Assembly (NCBI GenBank): GCA_003648765.1
Contig: QMPV01000003.1
Location: forward strand, 1-52,655
Direction: 5' to 3'
DNA length: 52,655 bases
Source of the DNA: Candidatus Aminicenantes bacterium
GTDB lineage: Bacteria > Acidobacteriota > Aminicenantia > Aminicenantales > Aminicenantaceae
Shown here: piece by piece, positions 33,404 to 42,452 of the stretch
Layout: each line of letters opens with the position of its first letter
Position numbering within the stretch: the first letter of the stretch is position 1
The notes under the pieces: model-generated
Databases searched by the model: none
What the model saw: the letters and a program-made list of their open reading frames with translations, nothing else
What the model was told of the DNA's origin: nothing
Made by a program: the position numbers and the translations under genes

Positions 33404-34885
33404 TTACTTATTTTTTTCCTCAGTTTGGGGAATGTAGAATTTAATTGTCTTGGGTAATTGTTGGGCACAGGCAGTGTCTAGATTGACCACTGTCCAAGTG
33501 TCCAGAAATTGCTGCTGGATTTTCTCCAGACATTTTCCTCCCGAAACGTGAGCGCCGGGGATGACTAAGTGAAGACTTTGGGGGAGATGGCGGGCAGCTT
33601 CTTCGCCCCAGCGAGGAGGTGTCACAGGATCGAAATTACCAGAAATAATCAAGGTTGGCACATCAACGCTGACATCCTTGGCAAAATCATCGGGCAAAAT
33701 AGATTTGGGCCAAAAACGGCAAACGGCCATTTGTTGTTTTACTCGCCTATCTCCTAAAAATGAGTTTCCGATGACGGCTGGAATTTCTTCTGGGTTGATA
33801 CGGGCTACATCTTCCGCGCAAGTGACACAGAGGAGCATACCTAGGGCGATTAACTTTCGGATGCGACGATTACTGGCCAGTCCTTGGGTGGCAAAGGGCT
33901 GGAAATCACCCAGATAGGCTTGATGAATAAGATAAGGCACCTGGCGATTGGTTAAGTCCGAGTACATGATGGTCCGCAGAGCTTCAGCAAAGGCAGCCTT
34001 ATCTAGAGAGACTTTAATTTTCTTTTTAGTGACCGGATGGTCGATTTCGACAATCACGGGTTCTTTTTCCAGGCGATTGAAAATACTCTCCAGCTCTTCT
34101 CTTAAATGAGGAAAAGCTTGCTGGCATTCTGGTACTTGAACGCATTCATTGAGAATTAACTCCAGGGCCCGGGCCGCGGCCGGGGAATGGTAGAGGGGGT
34201 TGCGAAAGGCCACCGGAACCACTCCGTTCAAAATAGCTGTGCGGACGGTTTCCGGGTGTTGGCTCATATAGATGAGAGCCATACGAGTGCCGTATGAACC
34301 ACCAATCAAGTTGATTTGGTCATAACCTAAAGCCAGTCTGACTTCATAGAGATCATCAGCTGCGGCAAAGGTCGAATACCAGCGGAGGTCATATTTAGCT
34401 GAGAGCCTCTTCAGACATTTCTGATAAACTGCTTCGCGGAAAAAGGGGCCGAGGTAGCTCTGGAGATCCTCGTCATTGGCCGCTTCAGGACAATCCAGAC
34501 GGTTATCGCCGCCAGTTCCCCGCTGACTGACCAAGACTATATCCCGCTCGCGTCGGAAAGGGGAACGACGTAAATTGGGAGCATTCGCTGTCACGTCAGC
34601 CCCCGGGCCTCCGGCTAGGAAAAAAATCGGATCGGGACGGGGGTGAGGAGAAAGGGCATGAAGAACCACGACTTTAAGGTGAATCATTTTCCCAGTCTGG
34701 GCGTTGCGATTTTCATACACGGCAAAAGTTCCCTGGGAAATCCTACCTTGGCCGTTAGCTTCAACTTTAGTTTCCAGAACCAATCTTTGTTGGAGCTTTT
34801 CTAGGTCAGTTTCAACTCGACCTAACCAGCGCTCGGTCGTCTTTCGGTGGCAGTTAATAGAAAGAAGGGAAAAGGTTAAACCCAA
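33404..34885 (-). CDS. S33-type alpha/beta-hydrolase (prolyl/tripeptidyl aminopeptidase-like); true start probably at 34961/34949 across a 1-nt frameshift
   Basis: FFLAGGPGAD (GGPG). LIGGSYGT (GxSxG). C-terminal TAP-like PTLIISGNFDPVTPP...IPGAHVSG. The track start (TTG 34885) falls in the middle of a hydrophobic signal segment. See the finding at 34885-34961. Confidence 0.85.
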   Translation of the reverse strand: MGLTFSLLSINCHRKTTERWLGRVETDLEKLQQRLVLETKVEANGQGRISQGTFAVYENRNAQTGKMIHLKVVVLHALSPHPRPDPIFFLAGGPGADVTANAPNLRRSPFRRERDIVLVSQRGTGGDNRLDCPEAANDEDLQSYLGPFFREAVYQKCLKRLSAKYDLRWYSTFAAADDLYEVRLALGYDQINLIGGSYGTRMALIYMSQHPETVRTAILNGVVPVAFRNPLYHSPAAARALELILNECVQVPECQQAFPHLREELESIFNRLEKEPVIVEIDHPVTKKKIKVSLDKAAFAEALRTIMYSDLTNRQVPYLIHQAYLGDFQPFATQGLASNRRIRKLIALGMLLCVTCAEDVARINPEEIPAVIGNSFLGDRRVKQQMAVCRFWPKSILPDDFAKDVSVDVPTLIISGNFDPVTPPRWGEEAARHLPQSLHLVIPGAHVSGGKCLEKIQQQFLDTWTVVNLDTACAQQLPKTIKFYIPQTEEKNK

Positions 34886-35246
34886 AAAGAGAACAATAAT
34901 TACCCTTAAAAACCAGAAATGTTTAGTCTTGTGGATAATTTTTTTTCATTGCCTTTTTCATATATCACCTTCAAGAGAAGGTGTAAATAGGCTCTCAAAA
35001 AATGGTTGAAGTTTAAGAGGAAACCAGGTCAGAAACAATTTGCTTACTTCGAGAAATGAAGAGAAGGGAGCCCCCAAATTGAAATTAGGCTAGAGACGAA
35101 GTCCAGAGAATTTGAAAGTGAGAAGAGAGTATTTCCAAAAAGGTAAGGTAAATGAGGCTAAAGTGTCCTTATTGGCGTGAGGCTCGAGTTGTCTCCCTTT
35201 CCTCAGCCGATAAGAATGCTTGCGTTACAATTGATTTTTTTTCTTA

Positions 35247-35269
35247 ACTATAGTATAGTACACTATAGT
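35247..35269. promoter_or_regulatory. two copies of the self-complementary octamer ACTATAGT, 15 bp centre to centre (candidate PadR operator)
   Basis: ACTATAGT at 35247-35254 and 35262-35269, separated by ATAGTAC. It lies at the 5' edge of the padR ORF. Confidence 0.45.
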
Positions 35270-35711
35270 GAATAATAATATAAAAGAAAAGAGAAATTTT
35301 TTCTCGCTGAAAAGTAGTAGAAAGATATTGGCTGGCTGGAGCCGGGAATATAAAAAGGGGTTTCTGTCTTTTTTTATTCTCACTTTTCTTCGGGAAAAAC
35401 CTATGTACGGATATGAGGTTCATCAACGGTTGGCAGAGCTCTTGGGTCGGGATGGCTTTATCCAGGGGAGTAGTATCTATCAAATTCTCAAAAAATTTCA
35501 GAAAATGAGATTAGTTTCCTCTTATTGGCAGGCCTCTCCTCAGGGCCCTAAGCGGAGATATTATCAATTGAATGATTCAGGTGTAGCTCTCCTTGAGGAA
35601 TTTGCTCAAGAAACGGCCTTCCCGGTAATCAGAGCCGCGGTGGTCTTGGGACAGACCCATTATCCCCGTCTCTGGAACGACAGGCTGATAAAGCTAGGAG
35701 AAGAAGATTAA
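35268..35711 (+). CDS. PadR-family transcriptional regulator
   Basis: FILTFLREKPMYGYEVHQRL...SSIYQILKKFQKMRLVSS...GPKRRYYQLNDSG is the typical PadR winged helix. The exact start is uncertain: the GTG at 35268 lies within the palindrome, and later TTG/ATG candidates exist. Confidence 0.8.
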   Translation: MNNNIKEKRNFFSLKSSRKILAGWSREYKKGFLSFFILTFLREKPMYGYEVHQRLAELLGRDGFIQGSSIYQILKKFQKMRLVSSYWQASPQGPKRRYYQLNDSGVALLEEFAQETAFPVIRAAVVLGQTHYPRLWNDRLIKLGEED

Positions 35712-35778
35712 TTATTTTTTTGTCTTAGACTCCCTCCATTAAAGGGTGTTTTTCCAAAAAATAAAAGGATAGTGAATT

Positions 35779-37491
35779 ATGAACAAAAGAAAAACCCAAC
35801 TTTTCTTTTCTCTTCGCCCAGGAAAAGAATTAATGGTTAATAGAAATCAGCAAGAGAGCTTTTCCTCCGCTGACTCAAGAAATCTTCTGAGCCTCGGACC
35901 TTGGTCGAAAATTAACCCCCTTTCCTCAGAAAATCCTGCCAAAGAAGGGAAGATTAAGCCCAGAGAAAAGAAAGATGGTTCCAAAAAGCACCAAACTTCT
36001 TTTAAACCCTCACCCAATATTTTACTGGTTTATCCTGAATATCCAGCCACTTTCTGGAGTTTTAAGTATGCCCTTCAGTTTGTCTCCAAAAAAGCTGCTT
36101 ATCCTCCTTTAGGACTCCTGACTATGGCGGCTTTGTTGCCTCCCCACTGGAAGAAACGGTTAATTGATTTAAATGTCCGTCCCTTAACGGACCGTGACCT
36201 TGCTTGGGCGGATTATGTCTTTATCAGCGCGATGGTAGTACAACAGGAGTCAGTCAAGCAGATCCTTGCTGTGACTCAAGAAAGGAATCTCCCCGTAGTG
36301 GCTGGAGGTCCTCTTTTTACAGCTTCACACCAAGATTATCCAGAGATTGACTATTTTGTCTTGAATGAAGCTGAAGCTACTTTACCTCTCTTTCTTGAGG
36401 ATCTCCAGCGAGGCTATCCCCGACGGGTCTATCAAACCAATAACTTTCCTTCGCTCCAATTGACTCCGCCTCCATTGTGGGAACTAATCCAATTCAAAGA
36501 TTATTTATCCATGAATCTCCAATTTTCCCGAGGATGTCCTTTTGATTGTGAATTTTGCGATATCACCACCCTTTTTGGCCGGAAAGTTCGGGTCAAATCC
36601 GCGACGCAAATTATTGTGGAATTGGAGAGATTATTTCAGCTCGGCTGGCGAGGGAATATCTTTTTCGTTGACGATAATTTTATCGGCAATAAAAAAGTTC
36701 TGAAGAAAGAAGTGCTTCCGGCCATGATTTCCTGGATGAGAAAAAGAAAGTATCCTTTCTCTTTTAATACCGAAGCTTCAATCAACCTAAGTGATGATGA
36801 AGAATTGATGAAGCTAATGATTCAGGCCGGCTTTGTCTCTGTCTTTGTGGGTATTGAAAGCCCGGACCTCAATAGTCTTCAAGAATGTCATAAAGTTCAG
36901 AATTTAAAGCGGGATCTACTGGCAAGTGTTCGTCGGATTCAGCAGACGGGACTGGAAGTAACCGGCGGTTTTATTGTTGGTTTTGATAATGATTCTCCGT
37001 CTATTTTTAAGCAGCAGATCGATTTTATCCAGAAAAGTCGGATTATCACAGCCATGGTTGGATTGTTGAATGCACCCCGGAATACTCGTCTCTATCAGCG
37101 GTTGAAGAAAGAAGGTCGCCTGCTGCCCCATCTTTCCGGCAATAATACGGATTTCACCATGAATTTCGTTCCCAAAATGGACTATAAAATCCTTATTAAA
37201 GGTTATCGTCGGTTGATTGAAGGTATTTATTCCTATCAGCCTTATTATCAGAGAGTTAAAAATTATCTAGCTGAAAAAACTTTTGTTTTGAAAAGACCTT
37301 TCCGGTTACACTTGTATCATCTTCAAGCCTTGCTCAAATCCATTTTTCTTTTAGGCATCAAAGATAAAGGAAGGTTTTATTACTGGAAACTCTTTTTCTG
37401 GTCTTTACTCCACCGGCCGACCAGTTTTCCCCAGGCGATTATTTTTTCAATTTACGGATATCATTTTCGCAAAGTTCTTCGTCTGCGGTGA
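35779..37491 (+). CDS. B12-binding-domain radical SAM protein (DUF4070-type C-terminus)
   Basis: N-terminal cobalamin-binding-like region (YPPLGLLTMAALLP...DYVFISAMVVQ). Radical SAM cluster motif FSRGCPFDCEFCDI (CxxxCxxC). Long helical C-terminal extension. Confidence 0.9.
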   Translation: MNKRKTQLFFSLRPGKELMVNRNQQESFSSADSRNLLSLGPWSKINPLSSENPAKEGKIKPREKKDGSKKHQTSFKPSPNILLVYPEYPATFWSFKYALQFVSKKAAYPPLGLLTMAALLPPHWKKRLIDLNVRPLTDRDLAWADYVFISAMVVQQESVKQILAVTQERNLPVVAGGPLFTASHQDYPEIDYFVLNEAEATLPLFLEDLQRGYPRRVYQTNNFPSLQLTPPPLWELIQFKDYLSMNLQFSRGCPFDCEFCDITTLFGRKVRVKSATQIIVELERLFQLGWRGNIFFVDDNFIGNKKVLKKEVLPAMISWMRKRKYPFSFNTEASINLSDDEELMKLMIQAGFVSVFVGIESPDLNSLQECHKVQNLKRDLLASVRRIQQTGLEVTGGFIVGFDNDSPSIFKQQIDFIQKSRIITAMVGLLNAPRNTRLYQRLKKEGRLLPHLSGNNTDFTMNFVPKMDYKILIKGYRRLIEGIYSYQPYYQRVKNYLAEKTFVLKRPFRLHLYHLQALLKSIFLLGIKDKGRFYYWKLFFWSLLHRPTSFPQAIIFSIYGYHFRKVLRLR

Positions 37492-37817
37492 AAAACACTC
37501 AAGCATTGAAAAGAATGTTAGTTCTTTCTTTTTAGTTTCGGCCAGACTTTTCCTGGAGTAATTCCCTGAGATTATGTGATTGAAAATTTTCTTTAGCTCG
37601 TTTCTTGAGGCTTGGGGAGAAGGAATGTTTTTGGGGCGGAGTCCGGCGCCGGAGTTATAGACTGGAGCTGAGAAGGGTCGGCCGAGTATATTTTTTAATC
37701 ACCCTCTTCACCAGGCCGGAGTGGTTAGGTAATTAACCCAGCGTTTCAACAAAGCTTTTTCCGCCGCCTCTCAAATAAATTTTTTCCGACGGATAATTTC
37801 GTGTTTCTAATAAGTTC

Positions 37818-39317
37818 TTATTCTGGTTTTTCCGGGAAAAACCGGGCCAACACTTCCCGACTGGGTGGTTTGGTAAACAGAGAGATAACCACCAGGCTGA
37901 GCACGGAGACAATTATGGCCGGATAAATAAGGGGAATGCCAAAAGGGTCACCGTTGGGGTCTCCCACCGGGCGCATGATGGAAGGCCAGATATAACCGGC
38001 CAACTTCAGAAAGATGGTAATGACCGTACCGCTGATAATAGAAACCAAACCCGCCACCCGGGTGACTCGTTTGGAGGCCAGCGCCGCAATCAAAGCCGGT
38101 GAGATGGCTACGCCATAAATAGTGTAAGCAAAATAGGCGCTTTCCAGCACCGAAGTCATTCTGGTGGCCATAATATAAGCCAGGATGCCGACAATAATGA
38201 TTAAGGCTTTTTGGAAGAGAACAATCCCTCTTTCCGAAGCTGCAGTCTGGTCGGTTTTTTTTCGCACATATCGGAGATAGATGTCATGGATCATGGTCGT
38301 GGTCGGGGAGAGGAGATAGTTCATGCCTGTCGAGATGACCACGGCGGTGGCTGCTCCTAAGAGAAGAACACCTACAGGGAAGAAGATCATTCTTTTCGCC
38401 GCTTGAATGATGACCGCAGCCGGATCCATCAAGCCGCTCTGGATTTCATTCCAGAAGTAGGCGGCAGCAAAAACGGCGATGACAATGGCCACAGTTTCGA
38501 TGATAATGGTGCCCACCACCCATAGGCCGGCTGCTTGGCGCGCTTCTTTAGGATTGCGGGCGGCGTAAAATTTTTGATACATACTCTGGACGCCCAGGAG
38601 CAGCAGTAAGGTGGAGAGTCCGATAGCTGGAATCTTGAGATAGGGATTGCCGCCGAATTCCTGGCTGAAAACCTGAAAATGACTTGGGGGTAAGATAGTT
38701 TTTATTTTTTCCCAGCCGCCGGCGGCAATAATGACTAGCGGCGTGGACAGGATAGTGGAAGTCAAGATGATGATGCCATTGGGAAGGTCGGTATTAGCCA
38801 CGGCGATCATGCCCCCGATGGCTGTAAAAAGCGTGACGAAAAGAAAGGACATAAATGTCCCCTGGGCATTGGAGATCTGGCCGTCACTGATGGTGTTGAG
38901 AATATAGCCGCCGGCTTTAAACTGATAACTGACAATGACGGTGAAGCTGATGATAATGGCTAGAGCCCCGACGATTCGAGCTAGGCTGCCATAGCGCACT
39001 TCCAGAATATCACCCACCGTGTATTGACCAAAAGTGCGGATTTTAGCTGCTAGGAAGTAAATAATAATTATTCCCACCCAAGCCCCGGCAGGGAGCCAAA
39101 GCGCGCTCCAGCCAGCTTTAGCGGCGAATTCAGCTCCGGCGATAAAAGTGCCGCTGCCGATCCAGGTGCAGATCAAAGTAAAAACCATTTTAGTGACTGA
39201 GATCTGGCGCCCGGCGAGCATCATATCATCGCGGTCTTTGACTTGGCGGGATTTCCAAAAATTAATAAAGGTTAAAAACCCCAAATAACAGAGGATGAGA
39301 ATAATATAAATATTCAT
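37818..39317 (-). CDS. sodium:solute symporter (SSS) family transporter
   Basis: AAAGGAG RBS. 499 aa with about 13 TM helices. The N-terminus (...WKSRQVKDRDDMMLAGRQISV...) resembles SSS-family starts as I remember them. The substrate cannot be determined. Confidence 0.85.
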   Translation of the reverse strand: MNIYIILILCYLGFLTFINFWKSRQVKDRDDMMLAGRQISVTKMVFTLICTWIGSGTFIAGAEFAAKAGWSALWLPAGAWVGIIIIYFLAAKIRTFGQYTVGDILEVRYGSLARIVGALAIIISFTVIVSYQFKAGGYILNTISDGQISNAQGTFMSFLFVTLFTAIGGMIAVANTDLPNGIIILTSTILSTPLVIIAAGGWEKIKTILPPSHFQVFSQEFGGNPYLKIPAIGLSTLLLLLGVQSMYQKFYAARNPKEARQAAGLWVVGTIIIETVAIVIAVFAAAYFWNEIQSGLMDPAAVIIQAAKRMIFFPVGVLLLGAATAVVISTGMNYLLSPTTTMIHDIYLRYVRKKTDQTAASERGIVLFQKALIIIVGILAYIMATRMTSVLESAYFAYTIYGVAISPALIAALASKRVTRVAGLVSIISGTVITIFLKLAGYIWPSIMRPVGDPNGDPFGIPLIYPAIIVSVLSLVVISLFTKPPSREVLARFFPEKPE

Positions 39318-40312
39318 GGCTACTCCTTTGTCATTTTGTCTTTAAAAGAGTTGCCTGCGGCTGAGAAGAAAGAGCCAGAGCAGGCTTGGTCTGATTTTTT
39401 GAATGTGAAAAAAGAAAGAGGAGAAGATAAAAAGACGGCCTTATCTCGAGTTCCGAGAAAAGAAAACTCGTCTCTAGCCATCCACATCCTATCTTTATTT
39501 CTATCAGCCGTACCAGGAGGCTGTTAGAACCAGGTTGGCTTAACCAGATATTACTTTGTAGCGAATTTTTAAGGGAAAAGCAATGATTTTTTCTTTTTAG
39601 CGATTTAAAGAAACTAATAGGCTGGCTGTTCCCTCTCCGGTTGGTCTTCTTTAGAGATATCCCAAGAAGAAGGAAAAAGATGCTTTCTTTAGTTTTTTCT
39701 TGAGGCGGAAAGATGGGCTTGGCTGGAGATAGCTCCTTAATTGGAGACTTAAGGACTAGCCCTTAACTTTTTTGGCCCCATTGAGTCGTGAGAAAAATTT
39801 TAACCCTAAAAATTTAAAATTTATAGAAAATACATTTATTATAGCTCTCTGGGTCTTCTTAAGGCTGTAAATTTATGAGCTGTCATCCCCTCAGTTGTGT
39901 AGTTCTCTCATGATTAGTTCGACTTTAGACATGGCTTTTGAAGAAGAATTCTTTTACTATCCCCTTTCTCATTAGAGACTAAAGATTAAGCTAATCAGAG
40001 ACAATAAATCTTCAAAAATCGAAACTTTGAGTTTTTTGAAATATCTCCGATTTTTTCTGTTGTGGTTTTCTCTGTATCATTTGCCGCTGACGAAATTTTG
40101 TTGCCTTTTCTGGATAGTAGAAGAAATTTTTGTGATGAGGAGAGAGGGGATCAGTTCTTCACCTCTCGGACCAAGGAAATCCAAATTTCCTAAGATTAAG
40201 GAGGAGGAAAAATAGTGGGATAATAATAAAAGATAAATGAAAATATACTTGCCAATTGTGGGGAGAACGTGGCATTATTTTCAACTAAGAAAAATGATTT
40301 GAGATGATCGGC

Positions 40313-40341
40313 TTGACAGAGTGAAGGAGAGCTAGTAGGAT
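40313..40341 (+). promoter_or_regulatory. candidate promoter of the sdh-Rieske/cyt b-OFOR operon
   Basis: TTGACA (40313-40318), a 17-nt spacer, then TAGGAT (40336-40341), about 100 nt upstream of 40444. Motif match only. Confidence 0.3.
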
Positions 40342-40443
40342 ATTGAGTCATAATTTCGATAGAATAAGTAAAAATTGAGGACAGGCGGTGATTATAAATA
40401 TCCTTCTTGAGGGAGGGGTTAAGCCCACGTAAAGGGGACTTCT

Positions 40444-40752
40444 ATGTTTATTTGGGTTTTTCATCGGATTTCAGGACTGTTTTTAATCGTCCTTCTTTCC
40501 CTTAAATTTACGACTTCTTTTTTCTTGATGACCAAAAATCAAAAGCCAGATTGGGCTCTCCTGCTTCATACTAACCCTCTATCTGATACGCTGTTGATTA
40601 TTGCTGGCGTCTTTCATGCTTTTTATGGTTTGAGGACGATTATCATTGATTTGGGCGTGAAAAAAGAAAAACTTCTCTTTTGGCTTTCCACCATTCTAGC
40701 GGCTTTCGTCAGTGGTGCCTTGATTATTATCTACTTTACCCGGGACTATTGA
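40444..40752 (+). CDS. succinate dehydrogenase/fumarate reductase membrane anchor (SdhC-like, 3 TM)
   Basis: 102 aa with three hydrophobic helices. HRISG near the N-terminus and HAFYGLR in helix 2, resembling the heme/quinone-site motifs of SdhC/D anchors. It directly precedes the flavoprotein gene. Confidence 0.7.
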   Translation: MFIWVFHRISGLFLIVLLSLKFTTSFFLMTKNQKPDWALLLHTNPLSDTLLIIAGVFHAFYGLRTIIIDLGVKKEKLLFWLSTILAAFVSGALIIIYFTRDY

Positions 40753-40754
40753 GG

Positions 40755-42452
40755 ATGGTTGAACATGATATAGTGATTGTTGGGGGTGGCTTGGCTGGTC
40801 TGTCTGCGGCTCTCAATGCAGCTCCTGGATTGGATATTGCTGTTATTTCTAAGGTCCATCCCCTTCGCTCTCATTCGGTGGCTGCCCAGGGGGGAATTAA
40901 TGCGGCTTTGGGTAATCATCCCGAAGGCCGGGATGATAGTTGGGAAAGACATGCTTTTGATACCATTAAAGGTAGTGATTACCTAGCTGATCAGACCGCT
41001 GCAGAGTTGTTATGTCAGCAAGCAATTCCCATGCTTTATGAATTGGAGCATTTGGGAGTACCCTTTAGCCGGTTTCCTGGAGGCGTCATCGCCCAGCGCC
41101 CCTTTGGGGGAGCGGGGTTTCCCCGGACCTGTTATGCGGCAGACCGCACGGGGTTGGTTCTCCTCCACACGCTCTATGAACAAACTTTAAGCAAAGATGT
41201 CCATTTTTATGAGGAATGGCTAGTCACTAATCTGGTAGTCAGAGATGGTCGTTGTTATGGGTTAGTGGCTTATGATTTGCAATCAGGTGAGATAATTCCC
41301 ATCAAAGCCAGAGCTGTAATTTTCGCCACTGGCGGCTATGGCCGGGTTTATCAAAAATCCACTAATGCCTTGATTAATTTTGGCAGTGGGATTGGTCTGG
41401 CTTACCGAGCTGGGATTCCTTTGAAGGATATGGAATTTGTTCAATTTCACCCCACTTCTCTTTATGGGAAGAATATTTTAATTACCGAGGGTGCCCGGGG
41501 GGAAGGTGGCTATTTGATCAACAATCAGGGAAAACGATTTATGGCTGATTATGCTCCTTCAGCCATGGAGCTAGCTCCACGGGACATCGTGGCTCGGGCT
41601 ATTCAAACAGAAATACAAAAGGGACGAGGCTTTGAGGGGGAATATGTTTATCTCGACTTGCGGCACTTAGGAAAAGAAAAAATAATGAAGCGATTACCCG
41701 GTATTAGAGAAATCTGCCTTTATTTTGGCGGCTTAGATCCAATTGAAGAACCCATTCCCATCCAGCCAGCCCAACATTATTCCATGGGGGGCATTGATGT
41801 TAATGAAAAAGCCGCCAGTCCGGTAGAAGGATTTTATGCGGCCGGGGAGTGTTCCTGTGTCAGTGTTCATGGGGCCAACCGTCTGGGAGGCAATTCTTTG
41901 CTAGAAGCCGTTGTTTTTGGCAAGATAGCCGGGCTCTCCGCCTCCGAGTATGTGCAAGAGAGTCAGGGAGAAGATCGGGCTGCCCGTCTGGTCAATGAAG
42001 CAGCCGCCCAATTAAAGGAAAGGATTAATCAATGGCTTTCCAAAGAATCTCGGGGAAATGTTTATCAACTCTTTCATCGACTCAAGAAAATAATGATGGA
42101 GAAGGTAGGTATCTTCCGAGAAAAAGGGCCTCTGGCGGAGGCTCTTGAGGAAATAGGCGAACTCCGTCATCGATATCACCAACTTGCCTTGAGAAGTGAC
42201 TGCCTTCAGTTTTATCAGGAGTTGGTGACGATGATGGAATTTGAATATATGCTTGATATTGCCGAGGTAATTACTAAAGGAGCCCTGGCTAGAGAAGAAA
42301 CCCGCGGTTCCCATTTCCGGCTAGACTTTCCTCGGCGGGATGACCAAAACTGGTTGAAACATACCATAGCCGAGTTTACTCCAAAAGGGCCGCGGTTGAC
42401 TTACCGGCCAGTAAAAATCACCCGTTATCAACCCCAGGAAAGAAAATACTGA
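40755..42452 (+). CDS. sdhA: succinate dehydrogenase/fumarate reductase flavoprotein subunit
   Basis: [20 protein letters not shown] (FAD fold). [14 protein letters not shown] (covalent-FAD His). HPT...EGARGEGG. C-terminal [10 protein letters not shown]. The start is moved to the ATG at 40755; the track extension from 40680 overlaps the anchor gene. Confidence 0.95.
   Translation: MVEHDIVIVGGGLAGLSAALNAAPGLDIAVISKVHPLRSHSVAAQGGINAALGNHPEGRDDSWERHAFDTIKGSDYLADQTAAELLCQQAIPMLYELEHLGVPFSRFPGGVIAQRPFGGAGFPRTCYAADRTGLVLLHTLYEQTLSKDVHFYEEWLVTNLVVRDGRCYGLVAYDLQSGEIIPIKARAVIFATGGYGRVYQKSTNALINFGSGIGLAYRAGIPLKDMEFVQFHPTSLYGKNILITEGARGEGGYLINNQGKRFMADYAPSAMELAPRDIVARAIQTEIQKGRGFEGEYVYLDLRHLGKEKIMKRLPGIREICLYFGGLDPIEEPIPIQPAQHYSMGGIDVNEKAASPVEGFYAAGECSCVSVHGANRLGGNSLLEAVVFGKIAGLSASEYVQESQGEDRAARLVNEAAAQLKERINQWLSKESRGNVYQLFHRLKKIMMEKVGIFREKGPLAEALEEIGELRHRYHQLALRSDCLQFYQELVTMMEFEYMLDIAEVITKGALAREETRGSHFRLDFPRRDDQNWLKHTIAEFTPKGPRLTYRPVKITRYQPQERKY

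Noticed and set aside
37642-37653. 12-bp perfect palindrome TCCGGCGCCGGA in the radical SAM / symporter convergent gap
   Set aside because: It is a zero-loop palindrome with no U-tract and no repeat elsewhere in the window. There is no functional context.
40680-40754. 25-codon N-terminal extension of the SdhA ORF in the track
   Set aside because: It overlaps the 3' end of the anchor gene. The canonical FAD-binding N-terminus ([12 protein letters not shown]) starts at the ATG 40755.
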